Shown here: one piece after another, positions 40,869-53,315 of the stretch
Position numbering within the stretch: position 1 is the stretch's first letter
Layout of the letters: each line of letters opens with the position of its first letter
Assembly: GCA_964016885.1 (NCBI GenBank)
Contig: OZ024742.1
Location: 76,508,001 to 76,572,000, forward strand
DNA length: 64,000 bases
Direction: 5' to 3'
Origin: Eledone cirrhosa
Taxonomy: Eukaryota
The notes under the pieces: model-generated
What the model saw: the letters and a program-made list of their open reading frames with translations, nothing else
The model's database searches: none
Told to the model about the DNA's origin: nothing
Translations under genes and position numbers: made by a program

Positions 40869-40872
<4 letters not shown>
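40638..40872. mobile_element. 235-bp mini-foldback: two head-to-head HHR-like motifs plus a ~90-nt tail
   Basis: Inverted repeat 40638-40704 / 40713-40780. Same family as 46440-47136. Confidence 0.85.
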
Positions 40873-40951
<79 letters not shown>

Positions 40952-41113
40952 GAGAGAGAGAGAGATAAATATACACGGGTGTGTATGATTGTGTATAGAA
41001 GATTATATTAATAAGAGGAATTTCAACTTTGTCTGATTTACTCGTTTTATTTACAATCCTTTAACATTTTTAATGGTATTATAATCAAAAAGTATGATAT
41101 TCTAAGTGTTAAT

Positions 41114-41152
41114 TGAACAAGTACTTTCATGCTTTCGCAAACTTCAGGTTCA
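41114..41152 (-). ncRNA. Degenerate minimal HHR downstream of the Neptune-like ORF
   Basis: TGAAC-CTGAAGT-TTGC-GAAA-GCAT-GAAA-GTAC-TT-GTTCA. A9 is mutated and GTAC is palindromic. Confidence 0.6.
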
Positions 41153-41550
41153 TAATATGTGGTGACAGTCAAGTTTGCAATTTTCAACTGTAATGAGATG
41201 GGTAAATTTTGTACCTTATATATAGTGAAAAAGTGGCTCCAGAATACTAAATCTTGCAAACTGTATTTCGACCAATCAATGTGCAGCTTCACTGAATTAC
41301 TAAAGCTGATTGGTTTAAGTGTCACGGCTGGTTGAGCATGTCTAACGACCAATAATTAATCATATCCAAAGCATCAAATCTTTTGCTATTTTTAGAAATG
41401 ATGAAAATAGCATTTTCTAGTAATCATCACCATCAATATCACTTTTATTATTATTATTATTATTATTGTTGTTGTTGTTGTTGTTGTTAGTGGTCGTAGT
41501 CGACACGGTCGTAGTCATAGTCATAGTAGAAGTAATACCCCTAAGCGTTA

Positions 41551-43775
41551 TTATTGTTCATTTAGCTTGGGTTTGAATTCATCAATAACATTCTTTTCTT
41601 TGATTTTTCTCTTGATTTCAAATGGGCTGTGTAATTTGTAGAATGGGAATATTATAAATATTCCCTGACCACATGTCGCTAGATGGTTACTTAGGGGTAT
41701 CTGACGGACATTTGGGTCTCTGATTTGCTGTCGGTGTACTCGTGCACGTTCCGATAGTGCATTTCCAGTTTGACCGACATATAGTTCTTCACAATTCGGG
41801 CATTTAATGCAGTAAATTAGATTTCTGCTTTTGCAGTTCATATTTGCATTTGGGAATATTTTTCCAGTTTTTGTTTTCATATATTGACCGGCGTGTATGG
41901 ATTGACATGTGCCGCATCGACTATCATTGCATTTAGATACAGTGAATGATTGGTCTTTGTTGTTAAGGTCAAACTTTGCTTTTGTTAGTAATTGCTTCAA
42001 ATTGTTTCGCTATCTTTTACTAAGAGTCAAAGATCGATCTGTGATTAAGCCTTTTAATTCATTACTTTGAGTAATAATCGGTAGGTTTGCTTTGGCAGTG
42101 TTGAAGATATTCTGGTGACATGGGTTGTGTGTCATTATAAATGGTATGACCAGTTCTTGGTTTCTTCTTCCTTGGGTTGTCCTAAGTTGTTGTATAGGTG
42201 TATTTATAGCCCGCTGTATGCCATTTTCTATAAGTAGAGATGGGTATTTTTGTTTGAGCAAAAATTCTCTTAGTTCTGTTAGGCGTTTGTACCTGGTATT
42301 CGTATCTTCTACGATGGTACAAATTCTTCTGGCTAGGCAGTATGGGATGTTGCGTTTTGTATGAGGTGGATGGCACGATTAAAATTCAGATATTGATGGG
42401 TGTCTGTGTGTTTATAATATATATCCGTGGCAATGGTGGTGTCGTTTTTGATTATCATTATATCTAGGAATGGTAATTTGGTCCTACTCATCTCTTTTGT
42501 GAATTGGAGAGATGGGTGTAGGTTATTCAGGAGGATATTGAACTCATCCAGAGTATCTAGAGATTCTGTCCAGATGAAACAGTCGTCAAGGTATCTCTTC
42601 CAAGATTTTTCAATGTACTTTCTAAAGTCAGTACTATATTTTTCCTCTATTTCCTGGTAGAGTTGTTGTTCTAAGTATCCCATTACAGAGTTCGCGTAAA
42701 CGGGAGCAAACTTCGTTCTCATCGCTGTGCCTCTAATTTGGATGTAATTCTTTCCATTGAAGAAGAAAGTGTTGTTTTCCAGAATAAGTTTAACTGCGTC
42801 TAATATAAATGGCGCTGTGAATCTGATGGGAATCACTTCTCTATGTTTTTCCAACCAGTATTTAATCGCTTTTATTCCTAAATCATGTGTAATTTTGGTG
42901 TAAAGGCTTACCACATCAAAACTGAGTAGAAGTTAATTCCTTTCCGTGGTGTTGGGAAGATGAGACAGGAAGTCGATATCATCCCGGATGAAATATGGTA
43001 TGTGAATACATAGTGGTTTCAAAATAATGTCAACAAAATTGCTTAGACGATGGGTGGGGCATGTTGGACCAGCTATAATAGGTGTAAGTTTTAAGTCTTT
43101 TGGGTATAGTAATTTAATGTACTCACTGTTTTGTTCTCTTACTGCCATTTGTATTTCTTTTGACTTATGGACTTTCGGTAGACCATACAGGTTGCTGGGT
43201 TTTGGCTCAAAATTGGTGATGTAGTCTCTTTCCTCATCAGTAAGTGAGTTGTGGTATTTTGAAGCCAGGTTGTAGATCTTCTTCATGATGTTGTGGTCTA
43301 TATTTGACGGTATTTCATGATAGAATGTTGTGTCTTTCAGTTGTTCCTCAACCAAATCCTTGTAGTATTCAGTATCCATTATAACAACTGCACCCCCTTT
43401 ATCTGCTTGTTTAATTATTATTGTTTTATCATTTTGTATACGTTTAAGTGCAGACATTTCTGATTTGTTAATGTTTGGCCTAACATTAGTATTACGTCTA
43501 AGAGGAAATTTAGACAGGATGTCAATGTATTGTTCGAGATAAATATTTCTTACTTTTCGTGGAGTGAAATTGGATTTATTCTTTACTAGTGATTCATCAC
43601 TCTCATTACTTTTATCAGCGAAGAATTCTACAAGACGTAATTTTCGACAGAATTCTTGGGTATCCTCCTTCAGTTCTTGGTAGTTGACTGTTGGAGTCGG
43701 TGTGAATTTCAGTGCTTTTGAAAGAATTTGCATTTCATCATTATCAAGATCTCTTTTAGATAAATTAATTATTTT
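41551..43775 (-). pseudogene. Neptune-like RT + GIY-YIG ORF with stops and frameshifts
   Basis: ORF pieces 42933..43733, 42333..42914, 42010..42261 and 41551..42000. Confidence 0.9.
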
Positions 43776-44420
43776 AGGATCTACGTGTACAGTTGTTTTG
43801 GGTATGTTTCCTCCTGGAGTTTTTCTTTTACCGGTTTTTGTTGTCCTGACGTTAAAAAATGGATTTTTCTCTGTTCAGGATTTATATTCCTGTTGGTGTT
43901 CGCTTGATGAACTTTTGGTCGTGATATTATATTTATTTTCGTTATGTATTTTGTCCTATTTTTGGTATTATGTATATTATTTTTCCTGTTAGCATTATTT
44001 TTAACAATCTAGGGAAATGACCAAGGTTTGCTTTCAGGTTTAGATCGTTTTTTCGCCCAGTTTCTTGTGGGCAATCTCTGTTGAGATCTTGAGACTGATC
44101 TGGTTATTCTACGTTTTGTTTCCACATTCCTTGTTGGTAGTCTCTGTTGAGATCTTGAGAATGATCTCCTGGTTTTACTACTTCTCATGGTCTGGTCAAA
44201 GGAATATCTATCGTGTTTGTGCTTTTTGTTCATGTTGTGTGCGATAGGGTGTTTTTGTAGAAAAAGCGAAGAGTTATTACCGTAGTTCTTCTTTGATTCA
44301 CGGTAAGGTGAGTGTTTGTGTTGGCACGTGTTCTAGCGTATGTTGTGTTGGTAAGATTGTCCACTTTTAATGCTTTTTCTCAGGGTTCCAGAGTCTTTAC
44401 CGTAATTTGTAGCATATTCG

Positions 44421-44479
<59 letters not shown>

Positions 44480-45078
44480 CTGTTTGTGTGTGAGTGTGTG
44501 TGTGTATGTATGTATATATACATATATATATATGTATGTGCGTGTGCGTGTGTGTGTGGTTGTTTATATATAAAATATCTGTATATATATATATATGTGT
44601 TTGTGTGTGTGTATGTGTGTACATTTTTATGTATATATATATATATATATATATATACATGAATAGTCCTATTAATTTAACACTATACAAGAAAAACAAC
44701 GTAAGATGTATTTCATAAAGATATTAATAGCATTGACAATAATACTAAAATAATCAGTAACATGAAAAAATCAACTTAATTAACGACTTAATTATAAGAA
44801 TGATAAAACGAATGTAATAGAAACAAACATCAAAACAGCATCCTCTAGAATAACATTGTCCTTTTGTTATTGATGTCGACGATATAGAAAATAAAATAAC
44901 ATAACTGCATCAGTGAATAATAATTGTTAATTCTATACTTCGGAAACCACAGATTTATCTATCTTGTGTTAGAAACAATCCGCCCGACACGCTACTAGAT
45001 ATCAAAGGAAGGTCGTTGATATACGACTCGATTAAAGTAACTAATCAAACAAACAGCAGCAGCATGAGCAGGAACAGC

Positions 45079-45079
45079 T

Positions 45080-45157
<78 letters not shown>

Positions 45158-45180
45158 CTAGTTGTAGTAGTAGTAGTAGT
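45079..45180. repeat. (GTA)n microsatellite
   Basis: Direct reading. Confidence 0.97.
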
Positions 45181-45399
45181 AATGTAGACCCTTGTCAGTT
45201 CTGGTGGAATCAATGTATACTCACGCTCAACAAACAACTTCCATATTTTGTAATATATATATGGTATGGTAGGGTCCCGTAATATTTTACAGAATCGTAA
45301 GGGCTCCGTATTGGCATTCGGCGTTTCTTGGGCATTTCAAGCCTGGTGCAGCCCATCCCTCTCCAGGCCTGAGTACACAGATTTCTTCCAGAGAAATAT

Positions 45400-45590
45400 A
45401 GAAAGTGAGAGAGATTAAAAGGAGAAAGAGATATAGAGGACAATTTAGTCTGGTATTTTATTTATCGACCTCGGATGGATGAAAGGCAAAGTTGACCTCG
45501 GCGGGATTTGAACTCAGAGAGCAGAGGGCCGAATCGAATACCATATATTATTCTATCCGATGTTCTAACGATTCTGCTAATTCACCGCCC
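45400..45590 (-). mobile_element. Related tRNA-derived SINE subfamily
   Basis: Shares core TATCGACC..GGATGAAAGGCAAAGTTGACCTCGGCGGGATTTGAACTCAG and head ..CACCGCCC, with a different 3' part. Confidence 0.8.
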
Positions 45591-45603
45591 ATCATATATA
45601 TAT

Positions 45604-46400
45604 GATGGATTTTCTCATCGCTGTCGATAAATGAGGATTCAGCAAGGCTTGTTTTTTTTAAAGAGGAAAAAGAATTAGTGCGTCTAGATTCCACGAACAC
45701 TCATGTCTGTTGAGGCCTGTAGCTGTCAGAGATTCATTCTGACCGAGAGCCTAAGGATCACCTATCACATGCTTCCTCGAATGGACTGCAAGGCCCGCTT
45801 TATTCTGTGCGATAAAAACAGAGTGGAGAGTAAGGTTTTCATTTTGAGGAACAGCATACTGCCAGCACGCCCAGATATTTGCATGATTCGGTTAGTGCTC
45901 AAATCCGCCCCTCTTAAACTTTTAAATAGAGAAGCAGGACTTGTTGCAGCTCTTGCGTTCTGATGCTTTCTTCTCCCATGCATAGAAGTGGGTGTTGCAT
46001 CGTTTCAGAGCGTCCCGGAGTTTGTTTTTGAAGCGCAAGTATAGTCTTCTAATTGGCCTGCCTGACAGAAACTTACCAATAAGCAGCTGCTGAAAAGGTC
46101 TGCTATCGCTCATACGAGAAACATTCTCTGTCCACCTCAACTTTCATGAGATTAGCTTCAATGCCCGACATCTTGCATTTTGTCAGATCCTCACTCTTTC
46201 TAATGTGATTGGTTAGTTTTATGTCAAAGATACTATGCATGCATCGAATGTGAAAAATATGAAGCCTGATTGATGTGGTTCGTTCCGGAGTCCATGATTC
46301 AGCACCATGGAATAGCGATGCCCGTACTCCAAACTATATACATCAATGTTCACCCTAAATGAAATATTGTGCGTGTTCCCAAGGATATTGTAGAGCCCAC
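45604..46400 (-). pseudogene. Decayed RTE-like LINE 3' end
   Basis: LRW..NVSRMSDSRPFQQLL.G..GRP..RFKNKLRDALKRCN..WE..A.ER. Confidence 0.65.
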
Positions 46401-46403
46401 CGA

Positions 46404-46439
<36 letters not shown>

Positions 46440-46442
<3 letters not shown>

Positions 46443-47129
46443 ATAATAATAAAATTGAAGACTAAATCCAAAGAGGGCTCGATAAGGAAAATATATATCA
46501 AATATATAAGAACCGTAGAGCAAATATTTATTAAAATAACAGATTAAAGTTTAAGCAAAGAATCGCTGCTTTCACCCTTAATGGGATCTTCTGAAACTAA
46601 CAAAGTCAATCTGTAAACGCAGAACTGGATATTTCAAAAAACGTTGCAACCGGAGGAAGACAGGAAGACGATACTTTGGTTCGTGGAAACGTTCGCTGGC
46701 AAAGAACGGGAAAAAACGAATAATACGTCATTAATAGGAGCGGTGAAAAACAATTACGCGCAAAGACAAAACCACGTTTATGGTATAAAAGAGGTCGCAG
46801 ACTAATATTCTCTTAGGTGGTGCATAGAGACGTTATCTGGCAATGAACGAAAAAACGAAGATAATAAGTCATATGTGGAGCGTGGAGAACAAAACCACGT
46901 AAATGGTATAGCAGAAGTTGTAGACTAAAATTCTAACTAGGAGACCGAATGAATCTCCGCTACAGAGTTAAGAACGTTACCACGAACCAAAGTATCGTCT
47001 TCCTGTCTTCCTCCGGTTGCAACGTTTTTTGAAATATCCAGTTCTGCGTTTACAGATTGACTTTGTTAGTTTCAGAAGATCCCATTAAGGGTGAAAGCAG
47101 CGATTCTTTGCTTAAACTTTAATCTGTTA

Positions 47130-47136
<7 letters not shown>
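46440..47136. mobile_element. PLE-terminus foldback: arms ~46529-46693 and ~46973-47136, ~90-nt left tail, diverged ~140-bp tandem in the spacer
   Basis: ~165-bp near-perfect inverted repeat, same termini as 40638-40872, (TA)n flanks. Confidence 0.88.
47052..47127 (+). ncRNA. HHR-fold motif with CAGAAGA (U4A) core
   Basis: ACAGATTGA..AGTTT-CAGAAGA-T-CCC-ATTAA-GGG-T-GAAA-GCAG..TTGC-TT-AAACT-TTAATCTGT. Confidence 0.6.
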
Positions 47137-47221
<85 letters not shown>

Positions 47222-47302
47222 TGTGTGTGTTGTATGTGTGTGTGTGTGTGTTTGTGTTTTTGTGTGTGTGTGTGTGCGTGTGTGTGTAAATATATATGTA
47301 TA

Positions 47303-47736
47303 TGAAAAATTCGGGATTCCGACGGCTAAGCTCCAACCGTTTCAACAGCTAATATCGAGTACTGTACTGCACACTCTAACTGCTTTTTACTGCCTGCATT
47401 CTTATATATGGCAATCAACTGACAGGAAGGTATACAGTACTGATGACAGCTAATGAGCTAGAAACTAGTACATCGTTCCTTTGTCAGTGTTGAACTAAAT
47501 GGCAACGTTGGTTCCCGAACATTGTACGGCTAATAATTAGGGCTGTTTGTTTACAAACAAACCGAGCATTATAATAAATGTTCGGTAAACCCATACGTAC
47601 ATATATATATGTGTGCATGTATGTATGTATATACATACTACTGTACGTCTGTATACATATGTATGTACGTATACATACTTATATTTAGGTATCATCTGTA
47701 TTACGAGTGAGAAATGAAATTTCATTTTTTCCATTT
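47303..47736 (+). mobile_element. Second copy of the non-coding HHR unit, preceded by an inverted PLE-terminus fragment
   Basis: 47410-47736 aligns with 3428-3762. HHR CTGATGA-CAGCT-AATG-AGCT-A-GAAA-CTAG-TA at 47440-47470. Confidence 0.7.
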
Positions 47737-48282
47737 ATATATATATATATATCATAGGTCGACGAAATTACAATAACAAGAGGTTATTGACGCGGTGTAT
47801 GATACTGCAACATCGTGCCACACGTTCCCCATTATGGCTAAGTGGTGCAAATTCTAATAATGGTGTTTCACAGACTTATTCAATTATCTCATGATTATAA
47901 TGGAGAATCCCCACAGTAGCAGCATTCATCATTAAGACTATAATTAAACTCTTCTTCGGCAATTCAAGAAGAAAAACAAAAGATAGTTCCGCCAAGAGTC
48001 GTCTCCCTTAGAACAGAAATATACCGCGTGGGTGTAATTGTTTGTTCGTTCTTACGTTTAAGTAAATTTGTATGTGCATATGTACAAACGACGCATTTAT
48101 CTTAAGATATGTTTTTGTTTTTTTTCAGAATGTAGTTTACTGAAGTATTGTTGGCGTTGACTTTCTGATTGCTAGATGTAGACACCAGGTTGGCTTATAT
48201 CTCGTACGATATTGTATATTTCCCTTTATGATTACATATTTAGAGCTATTTCTTTACGGATTGCAAACACGCATTTTAGCAA

Positions 48283-48338
<56 letters not shown>

Positions 48339-48340
<2 letters not shown>

Positions 48341-48526
48341 CAAAGAAGGTGTGGCAAGATACCAGGTGGACCATAACTCTATACTTAGGGTAGTAGAGTG
48401 GGTAATAGTAAACGAGTCAGGACCCCGACTTTCGAGCTCCGACCGTTTCGACAACTAGATCCCAACTGTTCGGATCTAGCTGTCGAAACGGCCGGAGATC
48501 AGCCGTCGATGTTCTCCTCTTTTCCG
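48339..48526. mobile_element. Diverged mini-foldback related to the GC-rich Nematis-like family
   Basis: Tail TACTTAGGGTAGTAGAGTGGGTAATAG and inverted CCGTTTCGACA.CTAGATCC / GGATCTAGCTGTCGAAACGG. Confidence 0.75.
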
Positions 48527-48593
48527 ATATATATATATATGAAAAATTTGGGATCCCGATGGCTGAGCTCCATTATTCATATATATATATATA

Positions 48594-48629
<36 letters not shown>

Positions 48630-49835
48630 AACCAGTAAGACCCCGACAGCTGAGCTCAAGCCGTTTCGACGGCTAATTCTGGACTAAATGAACATTTATC
48701 CTGGTATTTAAATAGCCGATCTTCTCAAGGGGTAATTCCATATATGGTCAAAGTGATTGTCAAAAATCAGTAGTAATTCTGTGGTTGCAAATTAGTAGGG
48801 GAGATGGTGGCTAAACCTGCCAGTAGGAGAAAGAGGGGAGGGGGTGGAGTAGACCCAATCAAGCGTTGGTAGTGCCAGCTACAGCTGGGCATGAGGTCAA
48901 AGAAGATACAGGGGAGGGGGAGGGGGAGGAAGTCGGAACGGTAGGTAGAACAATGGGGGGTAGAAATAGGAAAGAAAAAATACTGAGAGTGAAGAAAAGC
49001 AAATAAGTGTAAAGAAAAAAGTAAAGTAAATTAAATTCTACGACCTAGGTGTCAGGCTATTGTTAGGCGAGAATAAAATAAAGAAAGAAAGAAAGAAGTA
49101 AATAAATAAATAAATAAATAAATAAGGAAATAAGTAAAAGAACTAGGTGGGACGAATTAGGCAAGGACCCTTTTAAGAGGTATAAGTACGTAAATGATAC
49201 GGTGACTGGTCAACAAAAGGGGCCAAAATACTAAAGAGACTACCACGAAATAAACAATAAAGGTTTCCATCCCGGGCCAGCAACGACCCAGTGCAGCAAA
49301 GTGAACTTGTACGACATAATAATTCTGAGTCCCGAGAAAAATATATACTAATGCTAACTCTAAAAGATCTAAAACAAGCTACATGAAAGTTCGTACGAAA
49401 TAAAGGTAGAATACGGAGAAATAAATTCAGAATCCACCCCGCTCAGAAGAAAAGCGAAGCAAGAAATACTGAAACGAAAAAATAAGGCATAAGTGCCACT
49501 AAGAAATATAGAGGGCACAGAGAATAGTGGGAGCGGTCGGAAAAAGGGGGCAAGTATCCGGGGTCTAAGCCAACTGCTATAAAGGGCGGAGTCCGCCAAA
49601 TCTATCAAAGACTAGGGGAGGGGGGAGTGGGGGTACTAAGGCTACATGGGGCCAAAGGGCAGCCTCGGGTGGGCGAGAAAAGACGCCCACAAAGGAGAAG
49701 AGCTGGGGTAGAAGGACAAAGGAGAGAGGGGGAAGGAAATAAAGGAAGCGATAAAAGAATACAAAGAAGATCTTACGTCTTCCTTGGCAAGCAGGGGTTA
49801 CCCATTGCAAAATCGGCAACTGTCGTGTTATAGCC

Positions 49836-50927
49836 CTAGTCTACCCCCCCCCCCGGGTCATTATGGGGTTTGAGGGCGAGGTAAGTCCTACGCAATCTAT
49901 GTTTACATGCAGTAACCAGTTCATCTTTCTTGTTTAGGAGTTGGTCCGTCGAAAACAGCATTTGTAAAGTTTCCTCCGAGCATAAATTGCACGGACGGCG
50001 TCCTCCCGTGTAAGAATTGGCTCTGGACAGTAATCTCCAAGTGAGATCATAGGTGATGTTGTTGTCCTTGAGGTCCCATATGTGGCCCGAAAGTGTAGTG
50101 GCGTGACGCCGGGCCGGGTTTCGGAAGGTATGTCTATGTTGGTATAGCCGGGTCTTGAAGTCACATGCGGTAAGTCCTATATAGGCTTTGTTGGAGGTAT
50201 CCGTCCTCACGTTGCACTGGTAGATCACATTACGGTCTCTGCATCTATTGTCGAGTGGGCAAATAGATCTATCCGGGCAGTTACACCTCCTGGTCGGTTC
50301 TCCACTGCTATTTAGGTTATTTCTGCCATCGGGGTTGAGTTTTTTGTTGTTAGAGGAGACGATGTTTTGTGCGAAGTTTGGTGTAGTGCTGTAAGAGAGT
50401 TTGATGGTATTTTTGTTAATTATGTTGTGGTAGCGGTGTTGTAATGGGAAGTGTTTTTCAATGAGCCTAAAGAATAGTTTCCCGATGGGAGTAGTCACCT
50501 CTGCGTTGTGGGGAGGATTGAACCATGTTACATTGCGTGAGCGGCGGTGTCTCCTGCTGGTTCCGCTAATGGGATCTGGACAGTAGGATATTTCCTCCCG
50601 GAAACCACTCCGCTTGAGGGCCTGGTTGTAATAAGGCGCATGTTCATCGAATATCCGCTCATTAGCTGACAAACGGGATATGCGGAGGGAGATGTTTTTG
50701 ACCAGGTTGTTTGTGATGTTCCTAGGATGGTTTGATCGGCGGTGGATGTAGTGCAGATTGTCATTAGGTTTCCTGTATGGGTAGTACAGGTCGTTTTCGA
50801 GGTCGAGGGTTACGTCCAGGAAGTTTACTCGGGTCAGGGACGTTTGTAGGGTTATTTTAAATCCCCAGTCGCGGAAGAATCTGATTAATTGTTTCCGGAC
50901 CCGATCTGTACTACTGGGGTTGTACCC
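49836..50927 (-). CDS. 5'-truncated PLE RT thumb + GIY-YIG (left arm)
   Basis: Open frame VNFLDVTLDL..SNHP..VTWFNPP..CNC..CPL..VIYQC..AYIG..CNLCSEE..CKH. No start codon and no YxDD motif. Confidence 0.85.
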   Translation of the reverse strand, partial: GYNPSSTDRVRKQLIRFFRDWGFKITLQTSLTRVNFLDVTLDLENDLYYPYRKPNDNLHYIHRRSNHPRNITNNLVKNISLRISRLSANERIFDEHAPYYNQALKRSGFREEISYCPDPISGTSRRHRRSRNVTWFNPPHNAEVTTPIGKLFFRLIEKHFPLQHRYHNIINKNTIKLSYSTTPNFAQNIVSSNNKKLNPDGRNNLNSSGEPTRRCNCPDRSICPLDNRCRDRNVIYQCNVRTDTSNKAYIGLTACDFKTRLYQHRHTFRNPARRHATTLSGHIWDLKDNNITYDLTWRLLSRANSYTGGRRPCNLCSEETLQMLFSTDQLLNKKDELVTACKHRLRRTYLALKPHNDPGGGVD

Positions 50928-50932
50928 TTTAA

Positions 50933-52027
50933 GGGTACAACCCCAGTAGTACAGATCGGGTCCGGAAACAATTAATCAGATTCTTCCGCGACTGGGGATT
51001 TAAAATAACCCTACAAACGTCCCTGACCCGAGTAAACTTCCTGGACGTAACCCTCGACCTCGAAAACGACCTGTACTACCCATACAGGAAACCTAATGAC
51101 AATCTGCACTACATCCACCGCCGATCAAACCATCCTAGGAACATCACAAACAACCTGGTCAAAAACATCTCCCTCCGCATATCCCGTTTGTCAGCTAATG
51201 AGCGGATATTCGATGAACATGCGCCTTATTACAACCAGGCCCTCAAGCGGAGTGGTTTCCGGGAGGAAATATCCTACTGTCCAGATCCCATTAGCGGAAC
51301 CAGCAGGAGACACCGCCGCTCACGCAATGTAACATGGTTCAATCCTCCCCACAACGCAGAGGTGACTACTCCCATCGGGAAACTATTCTTTAGGCTCATT
51401 GAAAAACACTTCCCATTACAACACCGCTACCACAACATAATTAACAAAAATACCATCAAACTCTCTTACAGCACTACACCAAACTTCGCACAAAACATCG
51501 TCTCCTCTAACAACAAAAAACTCAACCCCGATGGCAGAAATAACCTAAATAGCAGTGGAGAACCGACCAGGAGGTGTAACTGCCCGGATAGATCTATTTG
51601 CCCACTCGACAATAGATGCAGAGACCGTAATGTGATCTACCAGTGCAACGTGAGGACGGATACCTCCAACAAAGCCTATATAGGACTTACCGCATGTGAC
51701 TTCAAGACCCGGCTATACCAACATAGACATACCTTCCGAAACCCGGCCCGTCGTCACGCCACTACACTTTCGGGCCACATATGGGACCTCAAGGACAACA
51801 ACATCACCTATGATCTCACTTGGAGATTACTGTCCAGAGCCAATTCTTACACGGGAGGACGCCGTCCGTGCAATTTATGCTCGGAGGAAACTTTACAAAT
51901 GCTGTTTTCGACGGACCAACTCCTAAACAAGAAAGATGAACTGGTTACTGCATGTAAACATAGATTGCGTAGGACTTACCTCGCCCTCAAACCCCATAAT
52001 GACCCGGGGGGGGGGGGGGTAGACTAG
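50933..52027 (+). CDS. 5'-truncated PLE RT thumb + GIY-YIG (right arm)
   Basis: Mirror of the left arm. The frame is open from the palindrome centre to the stop. Confidence 0.85.
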   Translation, partial: GYNPSSTDRVRKQLIRFFRDWGFKITLQTSLTRVNFLDVTLDLENDLYYPYRKPNDNLHYIHRRSNHPRNITNNLVKNISLRISRLSANERIFDEHAPYYNQALKRSGFREEISYCPDPISGTSRRHRRSRNVTWFNPPHNAEVTTPIGKLFFRLIEKHFPLQHRYHNIINKNTIKLSYSTTPNFAQNIVSSNNKKLNPDGRNNLNSSGEPTRRCNCPDRSICPLDNRCRDRNVIYQCNVRTDTSNKAYIGLTACDFKTRLYQHRHTFRNPARRHATTLSGHIWDLKDNNITYDLTWRLLSRANSYTGGRRPCNLCSEETLQMLFSTDQLLNKKDELVTACKHRLRRTYLALKPHNDPGGGGVD

Positions 52028-53129
52028 GGCTATAACACCCCAGTTGCCGATTTTGCAATGGGTAACCCCTGCTTGCCAAGGAAGACGTAAGATCTTCTTT
52101 GTATTCTTTTATCGCTTCCTTTATTTCCTTCCCCGTCTCTCCTTTGTCCTTCTACCCCAGCTCTTCTCCTTTGTGGGCGTCTTTTCTCGCCCACCCGAGG
52201 CTGCCCTTTGGCCCCATGTAGCCTTAGTACCCCCACTCCCCCCTCCCCTAGTCTTTGATAGATTTGGCGGACTCCGCCCTTTATAGCAGTTGGCTTAGAC
52301 CCCGGATACTTGCCCCCTTTTTCCGACCGCTCCCACTATTCTCTGTGCCCTCTATATTTCTTAGTGGCACTTATGCCTTATTTTTTCGTTTCAGTATTTC
52401 TTGCTTCGCTTTTCTTCTGGGCGGGGTGGATTCTGAATTTATTTCTCCGTATTCTACCTTTATTTCGTACGAACTTTCATGTAGCTTGTTTTAGATCTTT
52501 TAGAGTTAGCATTAGTATATATTTTTCTCGGGACTCAGAATTATTATGTCGTACAAGTTCACTTTGCTGCACTGGGTCGTTGCTGGCCCGGGATGGAAAC
52601 CTTTATTGTTTATTTCGTGGTAGTCTCTTTAGTATTTTGGCCCCTTTTGTTGACCAGTCACCGTATCATTTACGTACTTATACCTCTTAAAAGGGTCCTT
52701 GCCTAATTCGTCCCACCTAGTTCTTTTACTTATTTCCTTATTTATTTATTTATTTATTTATTTACTTCTTTCTTTCTTTCTTTATTTTATTCTCGCCTAA
52801 CAATAGCCTGACACCTAGGTCGTAGAATTTAATTTACTTTACTTTTTTCTTTACACTTATTTGCTTTTCTTCACTCTCAGTATTTTTTCTTTCCTATTTC
52901 TACCCCCCATTGTTCTACCTACCGTTCCGACTTCCTCCCCCTCCCCCTCCCCTGTATCTTCTTTGACCTCATGCCCAGCTGTAGCTGGCACTACCAACGC
53001 TTGATTGGGTCTACTCCACCCCCTCCCCTCTTTCTCCTACTGGCAGGTTTAGCCACCATCTCCCCTACTAATTTGCAACCACAGAATTACTACTGATTTT
53101 TGACAATCACTTTGACCATATATGGAATT

Positions 53130-53223
53130 ACCCCTTGAGAAGATCGGCTATTTAAATACCAGGATAAATGTTCATTTAGTCCAGAATTAGCCGTCGAAAC
53201 GGCTTGAGCTCAGCTGTCGGGGT
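53130..53223 (+). ncRNA. Type I HHR with U3-A8 covariant core (mirror at 48640-48733, minus)
   Basis: ACCCC-TTGAGAA-GA(T)CGGCTA...TAGCCGTC-GAAA-CGGCT-TGAGCTC-AGCT-GTC-GGGGT. Confidence 0.8.
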
Positions 53224-53315
53224 CTTACTGGTTCCTATTACCCACTCTACTACCTCAAGTATTGAGTACTTTGGTGCGTTATGGTCCACCTGGTTCCTTA
53301 CCACATTTCCTTCGT

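Larger units (their letters stand above)
40975..44424 (-). mobile_element. Neptune-like PLE, near full length, decayed
   Basis: IINLS..LSKALKFTPTP, KQADKGGAVV, LYGLPKVHK, SLYT, GTAM.TKFAP, RYLDD, LPFLD, KC..SRCGTC, NLIYCIKC..LYVGQT, FKPKLN. Confidence 0.9.
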
